A stretch of 64,000 bases of DNA from Marsupella aquatica (taxonomy: Eukaryota; Plantae; Marchantiophyta): contig OZ316892.1 of the NCBI GenBank assembly GCA_973895155.1, positions 27,862,307 to 27,926,306 on the forward strand. The letters run 5' to 3'. Positions 52,075 through 64,000 of this stretch are shown here, piece by piece. Positions within the stretch are counted from its first letter, which is position 1. Every line of letters starts with the position of its first letter. Both the position numbers and the translations under genes were made by a program. Under the pieces are notes generated by a model. That model had not been told where the DNA came from. It ran no database searches and saw only the letters and a list, made by a program, of their open reading frames with translations.

Positions 52075-54084
52075 ATGCAAAGCGACAGAGGAGGACTCAA
52101 GGAGACTGACGGAGGTCGCCAGCGATTCGAGCTGGAGCTGGAATTTGTTCAGTGCCTGGCTAATCCGACTTACATCCACTGTGAGCTCTCTGCCTCAAAT
52201 CCCACTTTGAACCATAGGGTTTAATGTCCCTGGATTGTGTTTCGTGGGTTTAGTGTCCCAAGCAGTGAAGGACCATTTCGTGCACCTTGTCGTACAGAGA
52301 ATGCAGCTTGGAGCCCTCCCCCAGTCCCCATTGACGTCAGGAATTTTATACGTAAATTTGAAGTATTGAACTGGAGAAAAGGGAGGCTTGACGCGACAAG
52401 TCATTTATTCGTTCTATTCCTGTCGGTGTGACTCTCCCTTTCTTACTTTCGAGAGAAGTAAGTGAGGTTCATCGGTCTGGTAGCTCTTTCAATTACCGGA
52501 TGCAGAGGAGATGTAGTTTTACGGAGGCTATTGGGAAGGAGTTTTGATTTTATTGTTTTAGAGATACCTCCCGTTTGTATGAACTGCACAGAGATCTTGT
52601 GGCTAGAATATGCTCTGCACCTCAAATTTTGTGGGAATAACATGTAGCTTCTCATGACCTAAATTTGAAATTGTGGGGGCCGAATTTCGTGGAAACTACA
52701 TGTAGCATCCCCATGATTAGGTGCTATGAGGTTCTTCATGACTTGTGAAAGAGCATCAGTAGCCCTGAAAAAGCTTGCAACTAACAGATGTTATCCTCCG
52801 CTCTTATTTTCGCATGTGAGGTTGGCGGGAAAGCATTGCTTCTCTGATTATATGAACACCATACTGATAAGCCTGCTAATTGCTTGGTGTTCCTGAAATC
52901 GGAGTGTTAGTCCCCTGAATAAGTCTACTAGGAAACTGGTCTCGGCATATTATGGTTTAACATTTAGCCAGAGGCGATTAGGTTGTTATTCGGAAAGTTT
53001 ACTGACTAGTGGTTTTTTCCCTGCTCGGTGAGAAACTGCAGATTTGGCTCAGAATCGGTACTTCGACGATGAAGCATTCGTCGGCTATCTAAAGTATCTT
53101 CAGTATTGGCAACGGCCGGAATATGCCAAATTTATTGTGTAAGTTCTCAATCCCCTAGCCAAGCTCTTCAATTTCTTTACCCAGCTGAGGAAGCCGATTT
53201 CTCTTCTGTCATAACCCGAATATTTGGCTGTGGCCAGCATCCTTGGTAATGTTGGAGGCAAGGATATCTTGTGTTAAATGTGGACGTCGAAGGTCCCCCA
53301 TTTCATGACAGATAACCAATCAATCGCATTGATTCAATCAATAACCTGTTGGCCTCTAGCAGGGTTCCGTTCCTCTCGTTATCTCGTAAGAGTGGATGGT
53401 AGTCTGTTTTAATTGGTCTCCCTTCTGACATTCTGTCATTTATGCTTCCCAGGTATCCGCACACGTTGTTCTTTATTGAACTTCTACAAAGTCCACACTT
53501 CCGCAGTGCCATGGCACACCCAGCAAATAAGGTAATTCACGCGTGTATACATTTCGAACATGTTTTCTAGTGCCATCATGAAGACCACAATTGAAGGGTA
53601 GTCTATTTGACCCTGGAATAACCAAGCCCAGCATAAACTGTAGTCTACATGAACACGAGTGGGTGTGAACTTACCGTACGTTGGATGTCTTCTAGATTCG
53701 AAATGAATCCATGTGACAAGTTTAGAGTTGGAGAAGTTTTTATGAGTACAGGATTGCATGTTGGGAATGTTATTTGGAAGATTTTGCTCCTTACCACGTA
53801 AGCCTATCCTGAACACCCTTCACTGAGCTGAAGTTGGCACCCTGCTAATGTTACATCTGATGTGTTCACAGGAGGTGGCTCATAGACAACAATTCTACTT
53901 TTGGAAGCATCATCGAAACAATCGATTGAAGCATATTTTACCACGGCCCCTTCCAGAGGAGCCAGCACCACTACCACCGCCACCTGTTGTGCAACCAGCT
54001 CCCCCTCCTCCAGTCCCTGTTAAGCCTGAAGGCACGACTAGAGCTGGGGCTGGAGAGCGCAGAAAGCGCAAATATACAAGTTAG
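52075..54084 (+). CDS. MED31: Mediator of RNA polymerase II subunit 31 (SOH1)
   Basis: Exons 52075-52180, 53042-53138, 53453-53531 and 53872-54084 give [71 protein letters not shown]...HPANKEVAHRQQFYFWK. Confidence 0.97.
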
Positions 54085-55339
54085 TGACCAGAACATTTAA
54101 TGTACAGATTCTTACACTCTTGGGAGTGTCACCGATACATGTCGTGGCTGTGAGAAGTTCAAGATTGAATAGACCTTCAGGACTGCACCTTGTACAATCT
54201 TGGAGTTGGTGCTTCTTCGGGTCTTCTTGGTTCAAAGATTCGTCAATCAAATTTGTGTCCAGTAGGTTTCCTCTGATCAGTTTGTGCCTGGCAAATCCTT
54301 GGACCTGACTGCTATATCCGTGCATCTCAAGTTCCTTTCTCGTACGACATCTCGTCAGCACCTAATGCTGTTAGTGAGATTTGTTTCCAAGTAGCCATGA
54401 ATTTCTAGAAACCCGTGTCAACCAGTGCACAAGGCGGTTAAATTGGATCCCCCTCAGATTGTACCATGTATGGTTAGAAGAGCAAACATCAACACTGGAA
54501 GTTTGCGGTTGCATCAGATTTCTTTGGCCAAAGACCTCCCTGGACCCTAGCAAGATGGGTTAGGTTGCATCTAAAACCAAAAGCCTTCTAAATGGACTAC
54601 CGTTCAAGTACGATACCTGAGTTGAACACAGTAAGAATATGTCCCTGAGCATGTGCAGATCGAGGTGCCTGTCTATAGCTCGACCATGATCAAGCTCTGC
54701 TTGAAGAAAACAAAGAGGCGAGGATAGTTGGAATATATTGCAAGAAGGTTTTCTACTTGGTGAGGGGAAGCGCCTGGTCCACCTGAAGACCATTCTGCCA
54801 TTTCAGGTCAATCTATATGCTTAAGCTATGCAAATTTGTAAAGTACTACATATTTATAAAATGTTTGGAAGACGGGACGCTTTCATCTGTCTTCTATAAA
54901 CACATCGAGGTCGTTAGGACTGCATTTCCCCACAATTTATTCCTTTGAAGCGACCATCTCATTGATTAGAAATGTCTTTTCGGGCATTGTTTAGTCAAAA
55001 TTTTAAAAATCTTTGCTGGAAGCATATCTACAACTGAATTGCATGTGTAAAGGAATGGAATCTACCACAGTAAGGCATTACACCAACTCCTCAAGTTGTG
55101 CAAGTTCAGTCTGTGGTTGGTTTGTGAGTCACTAAAGAGGGCGTTCTTGCTTAGTTCAGATCTAATGAAGGACTGTCCTTCAGCTATCCATTATTTTGTA
55201 GCAAGCCAATTCCTATTTTGAAGCTATGTACTATACCTCCATCTTTACTTATAATCAAGGGCCATCTTGGTTTGTGTTGGACCGGCACAAAATTCAACTA
55301 TTTTCTAATTCCATGATAAAATGCGGACCTAAATATCAT

Positions 55340-55563
55340 TTATTTTGTATTCCAGGAAGTAATTGATGCCAATGTATTAGTCTCGTACCCAAGTTTATTT
55401 TGTTTTCCAGGATGTAATCTGATGCCAATGTATTATTCTCGTACCCAAGTTTATTTTGTTTTCCAGGATGTAATCTGATGCCAATGTATTATTCTCGTAC
55501 CCAAGTTTATTTTGTATTCCAGGATGTAATCTGATGCCAATGTATTATTCTTGTACCCAAGTT
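55340..55563. repeat. 58-bp tandem repeat, 4 copies
   Basis: Unit tttattttgttttccaggatgtaatctgatgccaatgtattattctcgtacccaag. Confidence 0.9.
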
Positions 55564-55956
55564 TTGAATGACTTATTCTCACAATTCCCACAACTAGATC
55601 ATTAACATAAGCAAAAGTTGAGTGATATTTTAGGAATACAGAAAAAGTAAAATAATGAAATGGATGGAAAATTAAAAGCCATCCAACAATTTATTGGCAT
55701 GCAATTTTTCTTACATTTAGGGGGTTCGAGCCATGCAATATATTAGATTCCGTATACAATTTCCATTCTATAAGACAATCTTTTACTTTGTTTTACAATT
55801 TCCATTTCATAAGACAGTTTTTAATCTATTTTTATACGTGAAAACCATTTTCTCTCTTTAAGAGTTTCCTAGATTTTTGGTATTTCCCATAATCCCCCCT
55901 CCCCCCCCCCCATGGTATTAATTTTTATTTAAGGAAAATACATTTCAAGGAAAATG

Positions 55957-56251
55957 CTGGGGGTTTCACTTCCACAAAATGGAACATCACATGCAACGAA
56001 ACATAAAGTGATTTTATTGGTTCTAAGAAAAAACTTAAGAATTTTCTCAAAAGAACAATACGATATTTTTAATATAATTTTGAGACTTATAAGAGCATTA
56101 GGGTATTTTTAATGAGAATTTTAGAATATTCCAAGAATATTCCAACTTTATAGGGATTTAAAAATAATACATTTTTCTTACATTTAGGGGGTTCGAGGCC
56201 TAAAAATGTTGTAGGTGAAGGGGGAGGCCTCCACATAGTGAGACCCCAGAG
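55957..56251 (-). mobile_element. MITE: internal-deletion derivative of the 4163-14517 element family
   Basis: Minus strand starts ctctggggtctcactatgtggagg...tcacct.c.acattt like 4163 onward, and ends like 14370-14517. TSD ggaaaatg/gggaaatg (7/8 match). Confidence 0.85.
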
Positions 56252-56687
56252 GGGAAATGATTTCATGAATGATCATTTTGTCAATCATTTCTATTAATAC
56301 TAGCCCAATTACTTGTTCCTTGAACATATAAAGCAAAACATTCTTGCACAAAAACAATTCTATGTTATTTAGGTTCTAACTTTGCTCCATCCTTGTTTTT
56401 TGTCCACCTTCATTTCAGTTTTGTCTTTATGTAGAGTCAATGTCACTTTTGTTATCTTTGCCCCATCCTTGTGTTTTGTTCACCCTCATTTTAAGTTAAG
56501 TGATTTTAAGAGATGTATACCAGAGACTCATGATCAGTTTTGTATGTATTGAGAGTGATGGTATAGAGGCTTCACTCTAGACCATAAACCTTAAAAGTGG
56601 TTTCCCTTTCCCTTCACAAATTATTATTAGTAAGATTCAAAGAACAGGCATTTAGGCTCATGTTGGTTAAAGTTCCGGCATGCACGT

Positions 56688-56930
56688 ACACCAGAATTTG
56701 AAGAATAGGCATTTATTGAAAGTTCTAGCATGGACACCAGAATATGAAGAATGGGTGTTTAGTAAAAGGTTTAGCACGGACACCAGAATTTGAAGAATGA
56801 GCATTTATTGAAAGTTCTAACATGGACATGAGAATCAAAGAATGGGCATTTATTAAAAGTTCTACCATGGACAACAGAATTCGAAGAATGGGCATTTATT
56901 GAAAGTTCTAGCATGGACACCAGAATTCAC
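56688..56930. repeat. ~46-bp tandem repeat, 5-6 copies
   Basis: Unit caccagaatttgaagaatgggcatttattgaaagttctagcatgga. Confidence 0.9.
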
Positions 56931-57409
56931 ATTCAGGCTAGTGTTATTGAAGTGACAACATGGACATGGACACCAGATGCCAAGAATGTTCACCAATGAA
57001 CACTGTCTCAGATGCATCAAAAGCCTCCTATTTGGCCATCAATCTCATTTAATTTGCACTGTACCGTAGTTGTCTCTCTCATAGGACAAGGCCTCACTGC
57101 AGAAATCACAAAAGTCACTCGAAGCTGTGTATGATGAAACCAAATCTGAGCTTGAAGTCACTATACAACACTGTCTGAATTTAACGGTTGGTCACTCAAC
57201 AGTTTCTCTGTTCACTACTCAAATTTACGGTTAGTGACATTGCCTCCCAACCTTTACGATCATCTCTGGTATACAAAGCCAAACTAAGGCTAGTTGCAGT
57301 AGTTGATGGCACTCATGCCGCTCTTTTGATTGAGCTCCTCTGTATCTAGAAGTCTCTTGTGCATCTTTAATAGTCCCTCATTACTCCCACTGCGAAACAT
57401 CCCGAAGCG

Positions 57410-60400
57410 ATGTGGTCAGCCGTGATGGTGAATTTAGGAGGCGGTGACGGCACCGGCCCAGAAACCATGACTCCTGCCGTGATAAATAATGGCGATGATG
57501 ATTTGTACGAGGGATACAATGACTTTGATCCCCAACTTCTTGTCTACGGAGATGCAAGCCCTTTTCCTCAGGTGTGAGAGAGAGATGAAAAATACTCTAG
57601 ACACAGAATTTCCACCTCGCATTCGAGGTGTAGAGCTAAATTTGCGTTGAGATTTACCAATAGTTTTGATAGTTTCACTCTGGACTGTCAATGAATGTAG
57701 TTTCAAGCCGCAAGCATACCAATTTTGATTTGACTCGGGCACTTAGCTCCTATAGTGGCAATTTGGTACCCTTCATGTTCAGCTTCTCGGTTGAAATCGT
57801 GAAATTGTGAAGGGGTGCCAATTCCTGAAAATTGACACTTTTTACTTTGCTGTCTGTGAAAATTGGACGATAAAAATTGAGAGCCCAATTTTGATTTAAT
57901 TTGCAATTTTAGGGTTGTTTTGGTAGTCACTGAGCACGTTTAGGGACGTTACTGCTTGCGTGGCGAATCCAATGGCACCAACGGATTGACATTGAGCTGG
58001 GGGCTTCGACGTGTATCCCTAGGATTTTCCTGCTAACCCATCTTAAATTGTTTGCAATCATCACTGAACGTTATTTCTCATTGGAGTAGTTAACTAGTCT
58101 GCTAGCAGAAAAATCTTTTGCTAGGTGATGTTGCAAGGGAATGATAACGATATACAAAGAAGTCAGTAGTATAATATTGCAATTCTTCAGCAAACGGCAG
58201 AACATGACAGTCAGCAGAGTTTGAAAGACGATTTTTCCTGTCTCGCACGAGAAGCAACCCGTAACTTCTCTGCTTCAAACAGCTCGTCTCTTCAAAGTTT
58301 GAAGCACAAAAGTTTTGAGGAGCTTTTTGTGCAAAATCTCAGCATTCTAGTGGTTCTGGCTGACTTTGGAGATTGGATAATATTGGGTCCTACAATTGCT
58401 AACATTAAATTTCCTTACGAGATTGGTGTCAGCCCATGCTCGGATGAAGCTCCAATTAGTTGTTATCTAAAATCAAGGTTTGGTATTCGAGTTGTGGTTT
58501 AGACAAAGACAGATTTCAGGCAGATTTTTTACTACTCGACCAAGAAGGCCCCCTCCATTTTTGATAGTATCTACATGGAAGGAGTACCACCAAGGGCTGG
58601 TAGGAAGGATGAGAAATTAGAATGAGCATGACTTCTAGAAGGATGAAATATTAGAAAGAGGAAAGTTTGCTTGTTATGTGAAAATAAACGTCCTGCATGA
58701 ACGCAGGCTGCTAGAGAGAGAAAAATGGAGCAATATTTGGCTGGAGGAAAGCCCGATGTCTTTCCCCCGTTTGACCCGATGGTAGCTCACAGCCAAACTT
58801 CCTCCATGTCAGAGAATCAGGTTCATTTCTCAACTGTAAGCGACGTCGAGAATGGTCACAAATAGCTCTCTTTGTGCTGTTGTGTATATTATCGTTTGCT
58901 TGTTAGATGGGTATATTAGAATGCCTTGTGATCAAATCATATGATGCCTTTTGTCTTTGGGGACGGACAAAGCACTCTGTAAGTGCTCTTTGTGTGATCT
59001 GCCCTGTAGGGGGCGAAGTCAGATGTGTTCACAGTGAGGACACCAACTCCTATGATAACTTCGATGTGGAGGCCTTCAACCACAGGCAGGACCACGCGGG
59101 CACAATCCATGACATCAGCTCCTCAGAATGAGATAGCTCGTCCCATGACTGCAGTAAGAGCAGCAGGTTACTCGTCAAGGGTAATTTCTTATCACTCTAT
59201 TCTCTTTCATTTGTTGTTCTCATTGTCTTCTTCTGATCTCAGTCATTATGGTCTAGCTACATTTGTGTGCAGACATTTCAGTCAATTGTTCCTCTATGAT
59301 TTATATACAAGACCGCCACATGATCCCGGGTAAGATATTAAATTGCCTCAACTTCTGATCTCTCAAAATATGAATTGAAATTTGTGTCTGTATGGCACAT
59401 TGACAATCCATACAAGCGATGGCAAAATACTTCAAGGAGCGCAATTGGCTGAATAAATTGATAGTCTGGTTGTAGACCATTTTTTACAATTTGGACACTT
59501 TTAGTACTATAGTACCACCTAAGCAATAATGCTGGTTCTCTTTCAACACATGATATCTCCAACTGAATTTGGATTTAATCCCATTCCTTGACCGTCTTGA
59601 GTTTGATACCAGTCTACCTAAGAGTCTTCTCATGCACTAATACAGCTGTTTCAAGAAATTGCATTGTTATTCAGATTGTGTGAGTTTTCTCCAAATTATG
59701 AGCCAGGGGTTTTGTGCTGTAAGCAACTCACACTTGGCTAGTGGATTGGAGCACAGGGCAACAGGTTTGATCCGCTAAATCAAGGAGCACGAGCTATGAC
59801 TCCTGCACATCCCAAGAAGGAGGAGAACAATCCTGAGTACCAGAGCCGTAATATGGAGAGATTAGTCAATCAATTGCTTGAAGAAAGTGCCACCGCTGGT
59901 GTAGCTGTATGTAGGATCCTTACCTTATATTCATCCTCCCGCTCATCCTTTCACAAGTGAAATGCATTACTAGGCTGAAGTCTGCATACCAGCAGCACAT
60001 CGCCATTTGCCAACTGAAGTTCATGTGGAGCACTTTCTAAAAAATGGCCATGTAAGTATTGAAGATGCAGCATCCTCCTTAACAACCATTACTATGAACA
60101 AAGTATCAAGCTACATCCAGTAGGTGTGCCATGAACTTAAATTAATTTGAACAATTACCATTAAATCCCTATTTATTGGTATTGCTTTCATGAAATCATG
60201 ATATCCTGAACGGATGAAGGGTGGCGTTTGTGAGATACAGGGAGACCACCAGATTGCATTGGAGAAAGCCAAGGAGGCTGGGAAGAAAGAAAGACTCTTA
60301 TGCAAGCATAGGGAACAGACTGGTTTGGTAAGGAGATTTCATTGTTGCCTTCCTCAAATTTTATGAGTGTGGGCAATTTATGAGGTCCCATCTGATGTAT

Positions 60401-63165
60401 TTAGTGGTTCTATTGGTAGTGCGCAGGGAGATCAAATGAACCTTGAGCTCACATTTGCTGTATGCTTCAACTTGGGTTGCCAGTATCACAACAGCGGCCA
60501 GCAAGCTGAAGCCTTGAGCACCTACTCCCAGATTGTTAGAAATAAGCAGGTTTGAAAATGCTTTCTCTGTCATAGCTGTCCCCTTACTTTGGCTTCTTAA
60601 CAAAAAAATTCTTCATGTTTGAATGTTATCTTCTGTAAAGGAGTTGTCCCGCTAAGAACTCTGGAGGATGTCTGTCTTTGTAGTTTACTCACGATGGACG
60701 GTTGAGAATCAACATGGGGAACATTTACTATGAGCAGCAGAAATACACTCTGGCAGTGAAAATGTACCGCATTGCTTTGGATGAGACTTCCAACATGTAC
60801 AAAGGAGTCCGGTACAGAATCATGCGCAATATTGGAAACACTCTCATGAAGCTTGGCCGGTATCAGGTTACTTCAACTATCTGCTACTGAATTTGGAGCA
60901 CAGTCAAATTTAAGTAATATTGGAACTTGCCATATCAGAGTGCCCCATTTTGCAACTCTTGTCCATAGTACTTTTGTAAGCTTTAAATTAAAGTCCTAAA
61001 CTTTCCAGATAAGATTTAGGTAGAGACAATGATCTACTTGAGGTCGGTGGCTGGGATACAGGATGCAGCTCAATCCTATGAAGATGTCATTGAAATAAAG
61101 GTGGACCATCAAACTTGTTACAATTTGATTGTATGTTATTACATACTGGGCCATTGTGAGAAGATGAAGAGTGTGTTCACAAAAATGTTGCTTGTGAAGC
61201 ACTATAACTCCGACTCAGATGATGACATTGATGGGGACCATACTGCTGTTCTTAAGGTCTGTGTTTGAACTTCATTTCTATTGATTTAGAAGCATGTTCT
61301 CTATTAGATAGGATTAAAGTTGAAAATCCTGGGTGAAGTAAATGTATTAGTTCAAATGTATCCAACAAGTGACAATCACCGATGTCCAACCAAATGTGGA
61401 ACCAAACAGAATGATGTGCTTCGAGAGGAACTCCGCAGTAGACAAAACAGGGCAAACAAATACATCTTCACTGCTGCTAGACTCATAGCTCCTGTTCTTG
61501 GCGAGACTTTCTTTGAGGGATACGACTCCTTGATCGAAATGTTGAAAGATCAAGAATACCTTGCTCTTGCAATTGAGATGGAAATGGAAAAGGCCATGCA
61601 ACATCTTCGTAGACAGGACTTTGGACAGGTTTGACCAAATTTGGTTGTGTTCAGTTTGGATAGAAAGCTATTTTCAATCTCAAGTTTCTGTCAACATTTA
61701 CCAGCTTGCCACCACTAGTAGGTCTCTCATAAGCATCCTGAAGACACCTATTAAACAATCTGCAACTTTGGAAGGGAAGACAAACGGAGCTAATATATGT
61801 TGTATCTATTGTTGAGACTTATTGTAATGAGGATAACACACCGGTGACCATGTAGGCAGTCTCATTATTAAAGAACTTTGAGAAGAAGGAGAAGGACCTC
61901 AAAGCTCGTGCTGCAACAAATCTGTCTTTCATCTACTTTCTTGAGGGTGACGTTGCCAATGCAGAAAAACATGCGGAGCTTGCTGTGAAGACAAATCGAT
62001 ATAACTCATCTGCTCTAGTTAACCATGGGAATTGCTTTTTCTCACGGGGAGATATGGAGGGTGCCATTTCAGTGTACAGAGAGGCAGTGGAAGTTGAGGC
62101 AGACTTTGTCGAAGCAATCTACAACATTGGGCTCTCCTATAAAAGGCTTGGTTCATTGGTAGAGGCATTGTGCACATTCAAGAAGCTTAGCAATCTACTG
62201 CCTAACAATGTTGAGGTTTTGTTCCAAATTGGGCATGTGAATGAGATGATGGGCAATTATCAACAGGCCATTAAATGGCTTGAGATTGTCAATACACGGG
62301 TGCTGCATGATTCGGAAGTACTAGCCATGCTAGGAGGCTTGTACTACAAGTTAGATGATGAGCCGAAAGCCTTGCATTACTATATTGAGTCCCATAGAGC
62401 TTACCCCACAAACATGGACATCACTTCATGGCTCGGGGCGTTTTACGTCAAAAATGAGGTCTACGAAAAGGCTATGCCTTACTTTGTGCTAGCATCCAAA
62501 GTCCAGCCATCTGAGGTCCGATTCGATTACAACATGCCACTCCAAGTTCTACATGCAAATGATTACTGTTTCCTCTGACAAATGCTCAGACAAAGATTGC
62601 TTCACTTTCACTTGAATTGTGTGAGCCTTGAATACCAGAAAGGTTTTCCTGATAAATCTCTCCTCCCGTGCCCTCAATTAATCACTCATTAGTTTGATGT
62701 GCTGAACAGGTCAAATGGCAGCTGATGGTGGCATCTTGCTTCCGGAGAACAGGACAGTACAAGTTGGCCCTTGCCAAGTACAAAGCCATACTTGCAAAGA
62801 ACCCAGAGAATGTGGAGTGTCTGAGATACTTGGTACACATGTGCACTAGCCTTGGGAGAAAGGAGGAGCTAACACACTACATGTCCAGGCTTCGAACTGC
62901 AGAGAGTCAAGCCCAACAACACTCCAGGGCTGACAAACAGGACGGTGGATCAGGGAAAATTTCCACCACACAGCACAAAGGAAACTTAGCTAGAAAGAAT
63001 CATGACAACAGAGGGGGGAGCACACAAGATAACCTGGAGCCAGCCTCTTCATCTGGGCCCCTAGTGTCTCTCCAAAGACCTGGTCAAAGAATGATTTCTG
63101 TTAGAAAATACAGCTCTGCTGAGGTAGAGTGGCCAGAACTGGGTGACGACCTTTTGCCCATGTAG
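57410..63165 (+). CDS. IFT88: Intraflagellar transport protein 88 (TPR protein), multi-exon; start could be 57410, 57425 or 57467
   Basis: Motifs GDDDLYEGYNDFD, ARPMTAVRAAGYSS, RFDPLNQG, ALEKAKEAGKKER, GRLRINMGNIYYEQQKY, KARAATNLSFIYFLEG, NRYNSSALVNHGN and VKWQLMVASCFRRTG, ending WPELGDDLLPM*. Confidence 0.95.
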
Positions 63166-63569
63166 GTGAATGATTTACACACCCCCGAGGGGATATTATG
63201 CCCGGATGGACCTAGGGGTTTGCTCTGCCTATCCCCATGGAATGCTTCAAGCCATCAGTTAATTAACATTGGGGGAAAAAGTGACCAACTGCTTTTGGAA
63301 GGACTCTTCAGTTTTGCTAAGGGGGCCTCGAGTAGTTTTTCCAGGCACCCTGACCAAGTGTAAAATGTTGGTTTTTGGCAAGCTTGTGCATTTATTAATT
63401 TGGACAACTTACAGATCTTTGTTTAATCTCAAAATTTCCAACTTATCCTTATAACTGCTTGCTGGCATAAATCAATGGTTGGTGGTTACTAGGGATACAT
63501 CCTTATCTTGAATCTTGGTCTTGCCATTTTTTATGGTCTTATGTCTCTCAACCTCTAGGAGAGTAAGTT

Positions 63570-63697
63570 GTTTTTAAAAATAAAAAATAAAGAGGAAATA
63601 AAGTGAAAACCCCACAAAAAGGGGAGGGTCGGTCACAACATTTGAACCCAAGACCTTTGAGTCACTACTCAAGTGAGTTACCGCAGAGCCATGCCTC
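63570..63697 (-). mobile_element. tRNA-derived SINE-like element (second copy)
   Basis: GAGGCATGGCTCTGCGGTAACTCACTTGA...TCTTGGGTTCAAAT...GTGGGGTTTTCAC, with A- and B-box-like motifs. Matches 25645-25767. Confidence 0.55.
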
Positions 63698-63699
63698 AT

Positions 63700-63880
63700 T
63701 GTTATGAGACATTTAAGAGATACGGAGTGCTTGTGCTGCCAAGACTTGGTAGCCTAGAGTGCAGTAAACTATTCATGTGTTTCTGAGTATGTAAGCTCAT
63801 CAGCGGTGAACCAAAATCTGCCGATCACCTTGTTTGTTGGATGTTCATGGACATGTAGTTGTGAATATAGTTTTTCGACA
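63700..63880 (+). mobile_element. Truncated LTR of the 50917 family
   Basis: Shares gcttgtgctg, gcctagagtgcagtaaa, ggtgaacca and gttggatg.ttcatggac with 51070-51230. Confidence 0.6.
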
Positions 63881-64000
63881 AAGAGATGCTTCAGCTTTTG
63901 GCTTGTGTGAAAGGCAAGACAGGTGGGAAAGCTCGTCAAGCCCTTCACGGGCCTGGACAAACGGTTGCTAAACTCCCCTGACGACCGGGCGATTTGGCGA

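Noticed and set aside
55340-56930. CRISPR-like arrays
   Set aside because: Head-to-tail tandem repeats without unique spacers, in eukaryotic DNA with no cas genes.

Overview
Eukaryotic, intron-containing land-plant DNA. An intact-looking IFT88 points to a lineage with flagellated sperm, probably a bryophyte or other seed-free plant (inference). Host genes: a long TANGLED1-like gene (-, 17014 to at least 20623), an At5g66230-like disordered mitotic-type protein (+, 32843-34687), TOUSLED kinase (-, 38114-45381), MED31 (+, 52075-54084) and IFT88 (+, ~57410-63165). The most unusual object is a 10,355-bp DNA transposon (4163-14517) with 15-bp TIRs and an 8-bp TSD (TATAGCGC). It encodes a decayed P-superfamily-like DDE transposase with zinc fingers, an AT-hook and a BAH-like C-terminus. 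It also carries an EDM2-type multi-PHD histone-reader ORF, a second PHD-like ORF, and a perfectly paired 59-nt mascRNA-like (D-armless tRNA-like) structure just 3' of the transposase. Five ~280-330-bp MITEs with related ends are scattered through the window. An inverted copy of the MED31 5' region and first codons lies upstream of the TANGLED-like gene and shows MSA (AACGG) cores that MED31 lacks. The rest is solo LTRs, SINE/LINE remnants and tandem repeats. Family assignments are from remembered motifs, not database searches.
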